Below are positions 28,703 through 37,347 of a DNA stretch of 64,000 nt, one piece after another. How positions within the stretch are numbered: position 1 is the first letter of the stretch; every line of letters starts with the position of its first letter. The notes beneath the pieces were generated by a model. That model worked only from the letters and a program-made list of their open reading frames with translations, was not told where the DNA came from and made no database searches. Origin of the DNA: an uncultured bacterium (GTDB lineage: Bacteria; Planctomycetota; UBA1135; UBA2386); the NCBI GenBank assembly GCA_937952215.1, contig CALFZH010000058.1, positions 81,452 through 145,451 on the forward strand, written 5' to 3'. The position numbers and the translations under genes were made by a program.

Positions 28703-30939
28703 ACGATGCGTTCGATCGCTTCGATGCGCACGGCGACGGGGCCGTGCTGACCCGGGATCTCGCTGGTCTCGCCGACGCCCTTGCCGAGCAGTCCCTGCGC
28801 GATCGGCGCCAGGTAGTTGACCGTCTGGTCGTCGGTGGCGTCCCACGGCCCGAGCACGCGCCAGGTCGTGCGCGCGCCGCTGGCAGTCTCGGCGACGGTG
28901 ACCTTGGTGCCGGGGGCGACGCGGTCGTTCGGCACGTCCTGGTCTTCGATCAGGCGCGCGCTGCGGATCTGCTGGTCCATGTCGGTGGCGCGCCCGGTGA
29001 GGTTGCGCTGCTCCTCCATCGCCGACTCCCATTCGCTGTTCTCGCTGAGGTCGCCGAGCGCTGCCGCCGCGCCGATCGCCTTGCTGTTCGCCGGGATCTT
29101 CTCCTCGACGATCACGCGATACTCCTCCTTGATCCGCCGCAGACCTTCGCGCGTGGTGAAGATCTGGTCCTTCTCCCAGAACGGCAGCTCGGGCTTGGCG
29201 TGCAGGTCCGGGAAGTGCTTGAAGACGACGTCGTCGATCTGGTCGACGATCTCCGCCGGGAAGTCCTCGCCCGAACGCTTGACGATGCCGAGGTAGTGCG
29301 CGAGGTCGTCGCGGGAGATGCCGTCGAGCGAGCGGTTGAGCAGGCCCTTCTTGCCGCTCAGCAGGCTGGTGAGCCGCCCGAGCAACCGGCTGTGCACCTG
29401 GTTCTTCTTGCGGTTCTCGTTCAGGATGCGCGCGAGGTGCAGCAGCACGCGGCCGATCGCGATCGGGCTCGGGCGGCGTTCGTCGGCATCGAACACGCCG
29501 TCGCCGTAGAGCTTCCCGTACAGGTAGGTCAGCAGCGGGAAACGCTTCGGGTACGGCGCGACGCGGTCCCACTGCGCGAGCGTCGACGCACCTTCGCCAT
29601 GGGCGACCAAGGCGTCGACCACGTGCTCGACCACCGAGTCAGGCCACTCGCACAGCGCCGCGGCGCTCCGCTGGGCCCAGTCGTTGCCGAGTGCCTGCGG
29701 CAGGAGTTCGATCGCGTGCTCGCGCGACGCCTGCGTCGCCAACCGGTCGATGGCCGTGGGGCGCAGGCCGCCGTCGTCCTTGGTCAGCAGCGCGCGCAGT
29801 TCTTGCGCGGCCGGCACCGAGGCCTTCCGGCCGTGCTCCTCGAGGAACAGGATTCCGTCGAGCACGTGCGCATGGGCGGCCTTCTTCTCGGCGATCGCCT
29901 GCTCGACGACCGTCGTCGCCAGATCGAGGATCTGCGCGCGCATCTCGGCATCCTCGCCGCGCGCCAGGTAGTCGCGCAGCACGCCGATGCGCTGGCCGAG
30001 GTCGTTCTGGTGCGACAGCGCTGCCGTCGCTTCCTCGGCGACGCTGACCGGCTTGTCGCGCACGACGAACGTCGGCCGGGTCGTCGATCCTTCGACGCGC
30101 AGCCACGGATCCTTGGCCGCCGCGGCCTTGGCGCGCTTCCAGAACGACGCCCAGTCCTTCTCGGCGATCAGTGCCGGCGACAGTTCGTGCTTGAGCTGCT
30201 GGCTGGTGATCGTGCCGCGGTAGAGCGCCGCAGCGCGACGGATCAGGCCCGCGGGGTTGTTCTCGGCCTCGGCCTTCAGCTCGCCCATGCGCTGCAGCTT
30301 CATCGCGCGCAGGTCCTGCGCGTCGAGCGGCTTGAAGCGCGACAACAGCGTCTCGAGCGGGAACGCCTCGCGCCGACCGGTCGCGAAGTGCACGGTCACT
30401 TCCATCGTGCCCGCGGTGAAGTCCTCGACCGTGGCCTCACCCCAGCCGGCGGCGTGGTAGACGACGTAGCCCCGGGTGAAGCGGCGCAGGCGGTCGAACT
30501 CGAGGATCGAGGCGACGGTCGCGGCGGTCGCGAGCCCGGCGCGCGCCTTCATCACCGGCAGCCACTGCTCGTCGGCGTAGCGCTTGTCGATCAGGCTGGC
30601 GACGGTGCGCGCCAGCGCGTCGTTGTGGGCGCTGCGGCGCATGACGCGGAAGCCGAGTTCGAGCGCGGCGTCGGTCTGGTCGCGCGCGGCGAGCGCATCG
30701 ATCATCGCGGTCGCCATGACCAGCGCGCGGCTCGCCATCTCCTTCTCGCACAGCAGATCGATGACCGCGGCGTAGCTCGGCGTTTCGGCGGCGGTCGGCG
30801 CGGCGACTGCCTTGTTCCATCCCGATTCGAGGGAGTCGAGCTGCAGGGAACGCGCGAATTGAACGAGATCGTGCGTCAACGTCGTGACCCTTGGGGGGTG
30901 AAGAGCGGACAAATGGGGCGGGGACGATACCCCGGCCAC
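28699..30939 (-). CDS. GreA/GreB-family transcript cleavage factor with about 580-aa N-terminal extension
   Basis: The C-terminal 160 aa is a complete Gre module: coiled-coil tip GDLSENSEWESAMEEQ, then VAPGTKVTV...YLAPIAQGLLGKGVGE. Start uncertain (GTG 30939 or TTG 30879 preceded by AAGGG). Confidence 0.75.
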   Translation of the reverse strand: MAGVSSPPHLSALHPPRVTTLTHDLVQFARSLQLDSLESGWNKAVAAPTAAETPSYAAVIDLLCEKEMASRALVMATAMIDALAARDQTDAALELGFRVMRRSAHNDALARTVASLIDKRYADEQWLPVMKARAGLATAATVASILEFDRLRRFTRGYVVYHAAGWGEATVEDFTAGTMEVTVHFATGRREAFPLETLLSRFKPLDAQDLRAMKLQRMGELKAEAENNPAGLIRRAAALYRGTITSQQLKHELSPALIAEKDWASFWKRAKAAAAKDPWLRVEGSTTRPTFVVRDKPVSVAEEATAALSHQNDLGQRIGVLRDYLARGEDAEMRAQILDLATTVVEQAIAEKKAAHAHVLDGILFLEEHGRKASVPAAQELRALLTKDDGGLRPTAIDRLATQASREHAIELLPQALGNDWAQRSAAALCEWPDSVVEHVVDALVAHGEGASTLAQWDRVAPYPKRFPLLTYLYGKLYGDGVFDADERRPSPIAIGRVLLHLARILNENRKKNQVHSRLLGRLTSLLSGKKGLLNRSLDGISRDDLAHYLGIVKRSGEDFPAEIVDQIDDVVFKHFPDLHAKPELPFWEKDQIFTTREGLRRIKEEYRVIVEEKIPANSKAIGAAAALGDLSENSEWESAMEEQRNLTGRATDMDQQIRSARLIEDQDVPNDRVAPGTKVTVAETASGARTTWRVLGPWDATDDQTVNYLAPIAQGLLGKGVGETSEIPGQHGPVAVRIEAIERIV

Positions 30940-30982
30940 GTCCCTCCCGCCAGCCTGCCGTCCCCCGGATCCGCGCGTCCCG

Positions 30983-31600
30983 CTACTCGGCCAGGCGCGC
31001 GATCAGCGTGTTGACGTTGATCGCCGAGCAGGACTCGTCGTGGGAGGCCATCGGTGCGGTCTCCAGCACCTCGTCGCTGCCCACCAGGATCACGTAGAAC
31101 TCCTGACCGTACTGCGAACGGAAGGACACGACCTTCTTCAGGATCGGCGCCTGCGTCTCCTCGACGGCCTCGATCACGATGCCCTTGCCCTCGCGGCCGC
31201 GGCCGCGCAGCACGATCATCGGCGCGTAGGCGGCCACCCGGTTGTCCTCGAAGCGGACCTCGTAGTGTCGCGGGCTGTGGCTGTGCACCACGCCGGCCAT
31301 CCCGAGGCGGTTGCAGAGGTCCTGTTCGAGCTTGCTCGACAGCAGCCGGCCGCCGCAGCGACCAAAGCCAGCCCCGCCGCCGCCGTGGGCCATGAGGACG
31401 TCGTCGTCGTCGAGGTTGGCGACGGCGCGCGGGACGAACGGGGCCCGGGCGCTGGCTGCACGCGCCAGCACCTTGCCCTTGGCGGCGGGAGCCGTGGCGG
31501 ACTTCTTGGCGGTGCGGGCAGGGGACGAAGGCTTGGCCGCCTTCTTGGCGGTGGTGGGATTCGCCTTCTTCGGCGAAGCCTTGCTGGTCTTGGAGGTCAT
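30983..31600 (-). CDS. protein with histone-H1-like Lys/Ala/Pro-rich N-terminal tail and a globular C-terminal domain
   Basis: MTSKTSKASPKKANPTTAKKAAKPSSPARTAKKSATAPAAKGK..., then a non-biased 130-aa domain. Confidence 0.55.
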   Translation of the reverse strand: MTSKTSKASPKKANPTTAKKAAKPSSPARTAKKSATAPAAKGKVLARAASARAPFVPRAVANLDDDDVLMAHGGGGAGFGRCGGRLLSSKLEQDLCNRLGMAGVVHSHSPRHYEVRFEDNRVAAYAPMIVLRGRGREGKGIVIEAVEETQAPILKKVVSFRSQYGQEFYVILVGSDEVLETAPMASHDESCSAINVNTLIARLAE

Positions 31601-31807
31601 GGTTGGAAGGGCGGCGGGCTCTGCGACGCGCGAACCGGATGCGCCTGCTGCCGTCCACCGGCATCAGGTCCCGACTCAGGGCAATCGACGGCCGCGGCAA
31701 TCGCCGGGGTTTCTGGGGCGGCAGTCTAGCAGGAAGTCGCAGGCTCGAAAGTCCCGCGGCGGTGGCTCCGTTGCGCCGGACGGTGGTCGTGGCCGACACT
31801 GGTCGAG

Positions 31808-32380
31808 ATGTCGAAAGCCGCACCCGGACCCGCCGAATCGTCGCCGGCGACGGCCCCACCCGATCGGGTGTTCACGCCTGCGCTCGTCGTCTTCCTGGGG
31901 ATCGTGGCGTTGGCGCTCGCCTACTTCGCCTGGCAGCGCTGGCCCTGTCCGGACCTGCGCGGGGCCATCGTCATGCTGGCCGACGGCGACCTCGACGGCG
32001 ACGAACGCCACCGCATGCTGCGGCGCGTGGTGGCCGACGCCCGGCAGGCCACCGGTGTCACCGATCGGTGGGCGGGCCTGCTCGCCGCGGTGGCCCTCGC
32101 CGACGAGCCGGCATGGCGGGAGTTGCTGCGGACGTTCGGATCGGCGGCGCTGCCACGGGAAGTGCCGCCGCCGGCGGAGCGCGAGTTCCTGCATCTGGGC
32201 GACCGCATGCTCGGCAGCGTGCTCGCCGCTGCGGTCGCCGAAGCGGCGGGTGACCGTGAGGCCGCCATCGCGTCGTGGACGGTCGCGCAGGCGCAGGCGA
32301 GGCTCGCGGCGCAGCCGTTCGCCCAGCAGCTCGCGACGGCATCCCTCGCGCGACTCGGGGGCGCGGCGACCGGTCGCTGA
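31808..32380 (+). CDS. hypothetical single-pass membrane protein
   Basis: ORF 31808..32380. TM span FTPALVVFLGIVALALAYFAW. Immediately upstream of the PilT-like pair. Confidence 0.45.
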   Translation: MSKAAPGPAESSPATAPPDRVFTPALVVFLGIVALALAYFAWQRWPCPDLRGAIVMLADGDLDGDERHRMLRRVVADARQATGVTDRWAGLLAAVALADEPAWRELLRTFGSAALPREVPPPAEREFLHLGDRMLGSVLAAAVAEAAGDREAAIASWTVAQAQARLAAQPFAQQLATASLARLGGAATGR

Positions 32381-32443
32381 CCCCGGCGTCTCAAGGCTCG
32401 TTCGTCGGCCGGTCGATGGGGGCGAACGGAGACGACCGGCAGC

Positions 32444-33736
32444 ATGGACGACATTCGCTTGGGGACCCTCCTCCTGGAGGGTGGGATCGTTGACGAAGCC
32501 GGGCTCGAGCGGTGCCTGGCCATCCAGTCGCTGACCAACCACGGTCGGCCGATCGGCCAGATCCTCGTCGATCAGGGGATGATCTCGGCCGACGCCCTGC
32601 AACGCGTTCTGCAGTTGCAGCGGGAACGGCGGCAGGAGGCCGCGTCGTCCCTTCGCGCCAACGACCTGGCGGCGGACGCCCTGCTGACACTGGCTGCCAA
32701 CCAAGGCGCGACCGAACTCGTGGTCAGCGAGGGCCGGCGCGCGTGCATCCGCACCGGCATGCAATGGCGGCCGGTGACCGACACTCCGTTGTCGGGGCCG
32801 GAGGTCTGGGACTTCGCCCGCACTGTGATGGGCGACGGCGTGCTCGAAGCGCTCGCCGAACGGCACTGCGTGGTCCAGCCGTGGCAAGTGAGTGGTGCCG
32901 GCCACGGGTTGGCCACGGCGTTTCGTCAACTCGAAGGCGTCGCGGTGCGCATCGCGTTCACGCCCGCTGCCGTCGCGGACCCCGCGATGGCCGGCGTGTC
33001 GCCGGCGATCGTCGACGTGATCCGTGGCGGCAAGGGGCTCGTGCTGCTGGTCGGCGAACGCGGCCTGTTGCGCGCGGAGACCGTGGCGTCACTGCTGCCG
33101 GTCGCGGCCGCCGACCAAGGGCAGTACGTGGTCGTCGTCGACGACGAACCGCTGCCGTTGCCGGCCGATCGGGCCCTGGTGGTGCGGCGCCGTTTTGGCC
33201 TCACGCCGGCTGCCCGCGCCGAAGCGTTGCGCGCGGCCGTCGACGAGGATCCCGACGCGCTCGTGGTCGCCGACATCGGCGACCCGGCGACGTTCGAGAT
33301 CGCGCTGCGCGCCGCCGAAAGCGGACGTCTCGTGATCGCCTGGCTCGACGCTGCCAACGCCACGCAGGCCTTGGCGCGCCTGCTCGGCTTCCCGACCACG
33401 CACGACGCCGCGGGCGTGCGCGGCACGCTGGCGGCAGCGCTGCGGGCCGTGCTGGTGCGGCAGCAGTTGCCGGATGCGAGTGGGACCGGCACCGTCGCTG
33501 CTTCCGAACTGCTGGTCGTCGACGGCGCGGTGCGCGATGCGATCCGCGCCGGCCAACTCGGCGACATCGCGCTGCTCGTGCGCGCCGAAGGGCGCAATGG
33601 CGGCCACTCGCTCGATCGCAGCATGCTCGACCTCGTGGCTTCGGGCCGGGTGCGCCTCGAGGACGTGTTCTCACGGGCCGAAGAACGGCTCTGGCTGCTC
33701 GACCGTGCTCGCGAGATGCAGGCAAAGGCGAACTGA
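32444..33736 (+). CDS. MshEN (T2SSE_N) domain protein fused to a degenerate PilT-like ATPase domain
   Basis: Residues 5-28 RLGTLLLEGGIVDEAGLERCLAIQ and 36-59 PIGQILVDQGMISADALQRVLQLQ fit the MshEN motif. The Walker A position reads LLVGERGLLRAET. Confidence 0.7.
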   Translation: MDDIRLGTLLLEGGIVDEAGLERCLAIQSLTNHGRPIGQILVDQGMISADALQRVLQLQRERRQEAASSLRANDLAADALLTLAANQGATELVVSEGRRACIRTGMQWRPVTDTPLSGPEVWDFARTVMGDGVLEALAERHCVVQPWQVSGAGHGLATAFRQLEGVAVRIAFTPAAVADPAMAGVSPAIVDVIRGGKGLVLLVGERGLLRAETVASLLPVAAADQGQYVVVVDDEPLPLPADRALVVRRRFGLTPAARAEALRAAVDEDPDALVVADIGDPATFEIALRAAESGRLVIAWLDAANATQALARLLGFPTTHDAAGVRGTLAAALRAVLVRQQLPDASGTGTVAASELLVVDGAVRDAIRAGQLGDIALLVRAEGRNGGHSLDRSMLDLVASGRVRLEDVFSRAEERLWLLDRAREMQAKAN

Positions 33737-33737
33737 C

Positions 33738-34808
33738 ATGGACCACCAACGACTCGAGGATCTGCTGGCGGCGATGGCGCGGCTCGGCGCTTCGGCGCTG
33801 CACCTCGTTCCGGGCCGGGCGCCGGCATTGCGCCTCCAGCGGCGATTCGTGCACGGCGACGAAGCGACGGTGCAGAAGGCGGATGTCGACGAGATGATGC
33901 GCGACCTGCTGTTCGCCGACCACCGCGCGCAGCTGGCCGAACGAGGCCACGTCGAAGTGCTCTACGTCGCGCGCAGTCGCATGCGCTACCGCGCCGCGAT
34001 CGCACAGGTTGCCGGCCAGTCGTCGGTCGTGCTGCGGCCGCTGCCGGTGACGCCGCCGCAGCTCGGCGCCCTCGACTTGCCTTCGCAGGTCGCCGGGTTC
34101 GCGCAGGCGCGTTCCGGTCTCGTGCTGGTCGTGGGATTCCCCGGCGCTGGCAAGAGCACGACGCTCGGCGGGATCGTCGACGCGCTCAACCAGGATGCCG
34201 GGCGGCACGTGGTGACGATCGAGCAGCGCATCACGTTCGTGCACCAACTCGGGCCGGCGTTGCTGCACCAACGCGAGGTCGGCAAGCACGTCGCGACCGC
34301 GGCCCTGGGCATTCGGCAGGCGATGGCGGCCGGCGCCGACGTCATCGTCGTCGACGCCCTCGTCGATCGCGACGCGCTCTTGGCCGCGACCGCGGCGGCG
34401 GAGTCCGGGTGCCTCGTGCTGGCCGGCGTCGAAGCCGGTTCGATCACGGGCGCGCTCGGCACGTTGGTCGGCATGGCCACCGAAGACGAGCGGCCGGCGC
34501 TGCGAACAGCTCTCGCGGCCGTCCTGCGCGGCGGCGTCGCCCAGCGCCTCTTGCCGCGGGCTCACCGGCCCGGCCGCGTGCCGGTCGCCGAGGTGCTGCT
34601 GTGCAACGGCGCCGCACGCGCGGCGATCCGCGACGGCGACTTCGCGGCGCTGTCGACGATCATGCAGAAGTGCCGGGGACTCGGCATGCAGACTGCCGAC
34701 GAGGCGCTGCGCGCGCTGCTCGATCACCACGTGATCTCGGCCGACGAGGCGCTGCTGCACGCGCAGGACCGGGACGCCGTGCTCGCCGGCGCTCGGCCGG
34801 GGCGCTGA
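33738..34808 (+). CDS. PilT/PilU-family ATPase paralog (Walker A intact, catalytic Glu and His box replaced)
   Basis: From ATG 33738 (1 nt after the upstream stop). GFPGAGKST; VVTIEQRITFVH; DVIVVDALVDRD instead of ILVGEMRD; CLVLAGVEAG instead of HLVxxTLHT. Confidence 0.75.
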   Translation: MDHQRLEDLLAAMARLGASALHLVPGRAPALRLQRRFVHGDEATVQKADVDEMMRDLLFADHRAQLAERGHVEVLYVARSRMRYRAAIAQVAGQSSVVLRPLPVTPPQLGALDLPSQVAGFAQARSGLVLVVGFPGAGKSTTLGGIVDALNQDAGRHVVTIEQRITFVHQLGPALLHQREVGKHVATAALGIRQAMAAGADVIVVDALVDRDALLAATAAAESGCLVLAGVEAGSITGALGTLVGMATEDERPALRTALAAVLRGGVAQRLLPRAHRPGRVPVAEVLLCNGAARAAIRDGDFAALSTIMQKCRGLGMQTADEALRALLDHHVISADEALLHAQDRDAVLAGARPGR

Positions 34809-34815
34809 GACGGCC

Positions 34816-35580
34816 TCAGCCGAGGTCGAGCCCGCGCTCTTCCTCGTCGCTGATGCCCTCGCCGAACGAACTGCCGAGGTAGACGGCTCGCACCTGCGGG
34901 TCGTTGACGATCGTGCGCGAATCGCCTTCGGCGATGACCTTGCCCTGGTTGATGATGTAGGCGCGGTCGGTGATGCGCAGCGTCGCGATCACGTTGTGCT
35001 CGGTGATCAGGATCGCGATGCCGGTGCGCGCGAGCGCGCCGAGGATCTGCTGGATCTCCTCCACCGTGATCGGATCGACGCCGGCGAACGGCTCGTCGAG
35101 CAGCAGCAGGCGCGGTTCGGTCGCCAGCGCGCGCGCGATCTCGAGCCGCCGCTTCTCGCCGCCGGACATCGTCTCGGCGATCGAGTCGGCGACGTGCGTC
35201 AGTTGCAGGTCGTGCAGCAGCGCCTTGGCGCGTTCTTCGCGCGGTTGCCGGCGCATGCCGCGCGCCTCGAGCACGCAGCGCACGTTGTCGATCGCCGACA
35301 TCTTCTTGAACACCGACTCCTGCTGCGCGAGGTAGCCGAGTCCGGCGCGCGCACGCTGGTGCATCGCGAGCTTCGTGACGTCCTTGCCGCCGAGCGTCAC
35401 GCGCCCCTCGTCGGGCGTGACCATGCCGACGACCATGCGGAACGTCGTCGTCTTGCCGGCGCCGTTGGGGCCGAGCAAGCCGACGATCTCGCCTTCGCTG
35501 ACGTGGATGCTGGCGTGGTCGACGACCCGGCGGCCGCGGTAGGCCTTCACCAAGTCGTGCGTGCGCAGGATCTCGGTCAT
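34816..35580 (-). CDS. lptB: LPS export ABC transporter ATP-binding protein LptB
   Basis: MTEILRTHDLVKAYRGRRVV, GPNGAGKTT, LSGGEKRRLEIARAL, LLLDEPFAGVDP. ATG overlaps the lepB stop (ATGA). Confidence 0.85.
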   Translation of the reverse strand: MTEILRTHDLVKAYRGRRVVDHASIHVSEGEIVGLLGPNGAGKTTTFRMVVGMVTPDEGRVTLGGKDVTKLAMHQRARAGLGYLAQQESVFKKMSAIDNVRCVLEARGMRRQPREERAKALLHDLQLTHVADSIAETMSGGEKRRLEIARALATEPRLLLLDEPFAGVDPITVEEIQQILGALARTGIAILITEHNVIATLRITDRAYIINQGKVIAEGDSRTIVNDPQVRAVYLGSSFGEGISDEEERGLDLG

Positions 35581-37259
35581 CGCACGAAGCCGAAGCGCCC
35601 CGGCCAGGCGTTGCCGAACAGCCAGGCGAACGGCCGGCACGGGTAGAAGACCAGCAGGGCCCGACCCTGGATGTCCGAGCGCGGCACGAACGAGATGCCC
35701 TTGGCGTTCGTGGTCTCGGGCGCGGTCCATTCGCCGCGGCCGTCGATGGCGCCGGGGCGGAGGAAGGAGATGCGCCCCGGCCAGCCGGGCCCGACTTCGC
35801 CGCGCAGCCGCAGGATCTCGCCGAACTCGTCGATCATCACGATCGCCTTCTGGTCGGGGATCGGGATCGGCGTCTCGTCGCGGTCGGGCGCCTTGTCCAG
35901 GAACATCGCGCGCTTGTTGCCGCGCACCACGCGCGCGCCGGGCGTGTCGGGCGGCACGATGTTGTTCTCGGCGTCGACCCCGACCGTGATCGCGGTCCAG
36001 CCGCGCGAGTCGATCGACTGCAGCGTGTTGTCGCCGAGCATGTAGTAGTGCCCTTCGGGGACCTCGATCACCTCGGGCGCCGTGCTGCGCGTGTAGTGCT
36101 GGTCGCGGTCGATGCGCACATCGGTGAAGCGGACCTTGCCCTTGCCGCGCGCGGCGATCTGCGGCGTGACCTTCTGGTTGGCCGGCAGCTCGAGTTTCGC
36201 CGGGATCTCTGGGCTGCCCGGCGCGCTCGGGCTGCCCGGAGTGAACGGCAACACGCAGCCGTCGCGGCAGGCCCAGGCCGAGCTGTCGAAGCGCTGCAGC
36301 TCCTTGCCGTCTCGCCACGCGACCAGTTCGTCGTCGACGTGCGCGAAGGCGAGGTCGACGGAGCTGCCGGGCGCCACGGCGAGTTCGAACTCGGCCGAAG
36401 CGCCGAGCACGGTTGCGTCCTTGCGTACCTGCAACTGGCCCTTGCCGGCCTTGATCGCGAGCGCGTAGGTCCAGGTGTCGAACTGTGGGCGTGCGACGGC
36501 GATCTCGAACGCCAGTTCGTCGAGCGCTTGCTCGGTGGTGACCGTCGCGGCGATGCGGACGTCGGGCACGATCTCCTGCGGCTGGTGCAGGCTCTGCTTC
36601 TCGCGGATCGCGCGCGCCACGTCTTCGGGGTAGCCGTCCCAGACCCGATCGATCATGCCGCCGTCGACTTCGTCGCGCAGCCAGACGAAGGCACGCTGCC
36701 CGTCGAGTTGGAGCGAGAGGCCGTCCTGGTCTTCGCTCCAAGCACGCTGCGGCGAACCGGCGAGAACGCTGCCGAGCCACTTGGTCTCCGATCGCGCGAG
36801 CGGGCGGCACGGGAAGACGTTCTTCCACATCTGCTCCTGCAGGTCGGCGGGCTTGCGTTCGATCCGGAACGTGCGCTTGCCGCCCTCACCGTCGACGACC
36901 TGGTAGACGTTGCCGCCGCCGATCGACAGGCGGTCGCCCGGCATGCCGCCGATGCGCTTGACGTAGTTCTGGTTCTTCTGCAGCGGGTACTTGAAGACCG
37001 TGATGTCCCAGCGCTTGGGTTCACGGATCGTCGTCAGCAGCTTGTCGACCAGGATGCGGTCGAAGACGCCGGCGGCGGCGTCGCCCATCAGCGTCGGCTG
37101 CATCGACGAGGTCGGGATCTGGAACGCCTCGAGGCAGAACCACTTCAGCAGCACGGCGGCGAGGATCGCGACGCCGAACGCTTCGAGGTTGACCCGGATC
37201 GGGCCCATGAGCGGCTTCTTCTTGCCGCGGGCGGCGGTGGGAACGGCTGCGGTGGTCAT
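35577..37259 (-). CDS. lepB: signal peptidase I (long form, 560 aa)
   Basis: Box B SSMQPTL, box D YVKRIGGMPGDRL, box E GDNTLQSIDSRGW, with a large insertion between boxes D and E. Confidence 0.85.
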   Translation of the reverse strand: MTTAAVPTAARGKKKPLMGPIRVNLEAFGVAILAAVLLKWFCLEAFQIPTSSMQPTLMGDAAAGVFDRILVDKLLTTIREPKRWDITVFKYPLQKNQNYVKRIGGMPGDRLSIGGGNVYQVVDGEGGKRTFRIERKPADLQEQMWKNVFPCRPLARSETKWLGSVLAGSPQRAWSEDQDGLSLQLDGQRAFVWLRDEVDGGMIDRVWDGYPEDVARAIREKQSLHQPQEIVPDVRIAATVTTEQALDELAFEIAVARPQFDTWTYALAIKAGKGQLQVRKDATVLGASAEFELAVAPGSSVDLAFAHVDDELVAWRDGKELQRFDSSAWACRDGCVLPFTPGSPSAPGSPEIPAKLELPANQKVTPQIAARGKGKVRFTDVRIDRDQHYTRSTAPEVIEVPEGHYYMLGDNTLQSIDSRGWTAITVGVDAENNIVPPDTPGARVVRGNKRAMFLDKAPDRDETPIPIPDQKAIVMIDEFGEILRLRGEVGPGWPGRISFLRPGAIDGRGEWTAPETTNAKGISFVPRSDIQGRALLVFYPCRPFAWLFGNAWPGRFGFVR

Positions 37260-37347
37260 CGCGCCGGCAGTGTGCGCTGCGCGTGCGCCGCACGCCAGTG
37301 CGCGGCCGGTTCGAGAGGTCGACCCGGTTCCGGGAGCCGTTCGTCGA

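Noticed and set aside
26384-31014. Very long + strand ORFs (26384..28750, 28693..31014) opposite the MoxR-to-GreA string
   Set aside because: Antisense to genes with unambiguous Walker, GxSxG and Gre motifs. Their composition is dominated by Arg/Ala/Asp/Gly/Val repeats.
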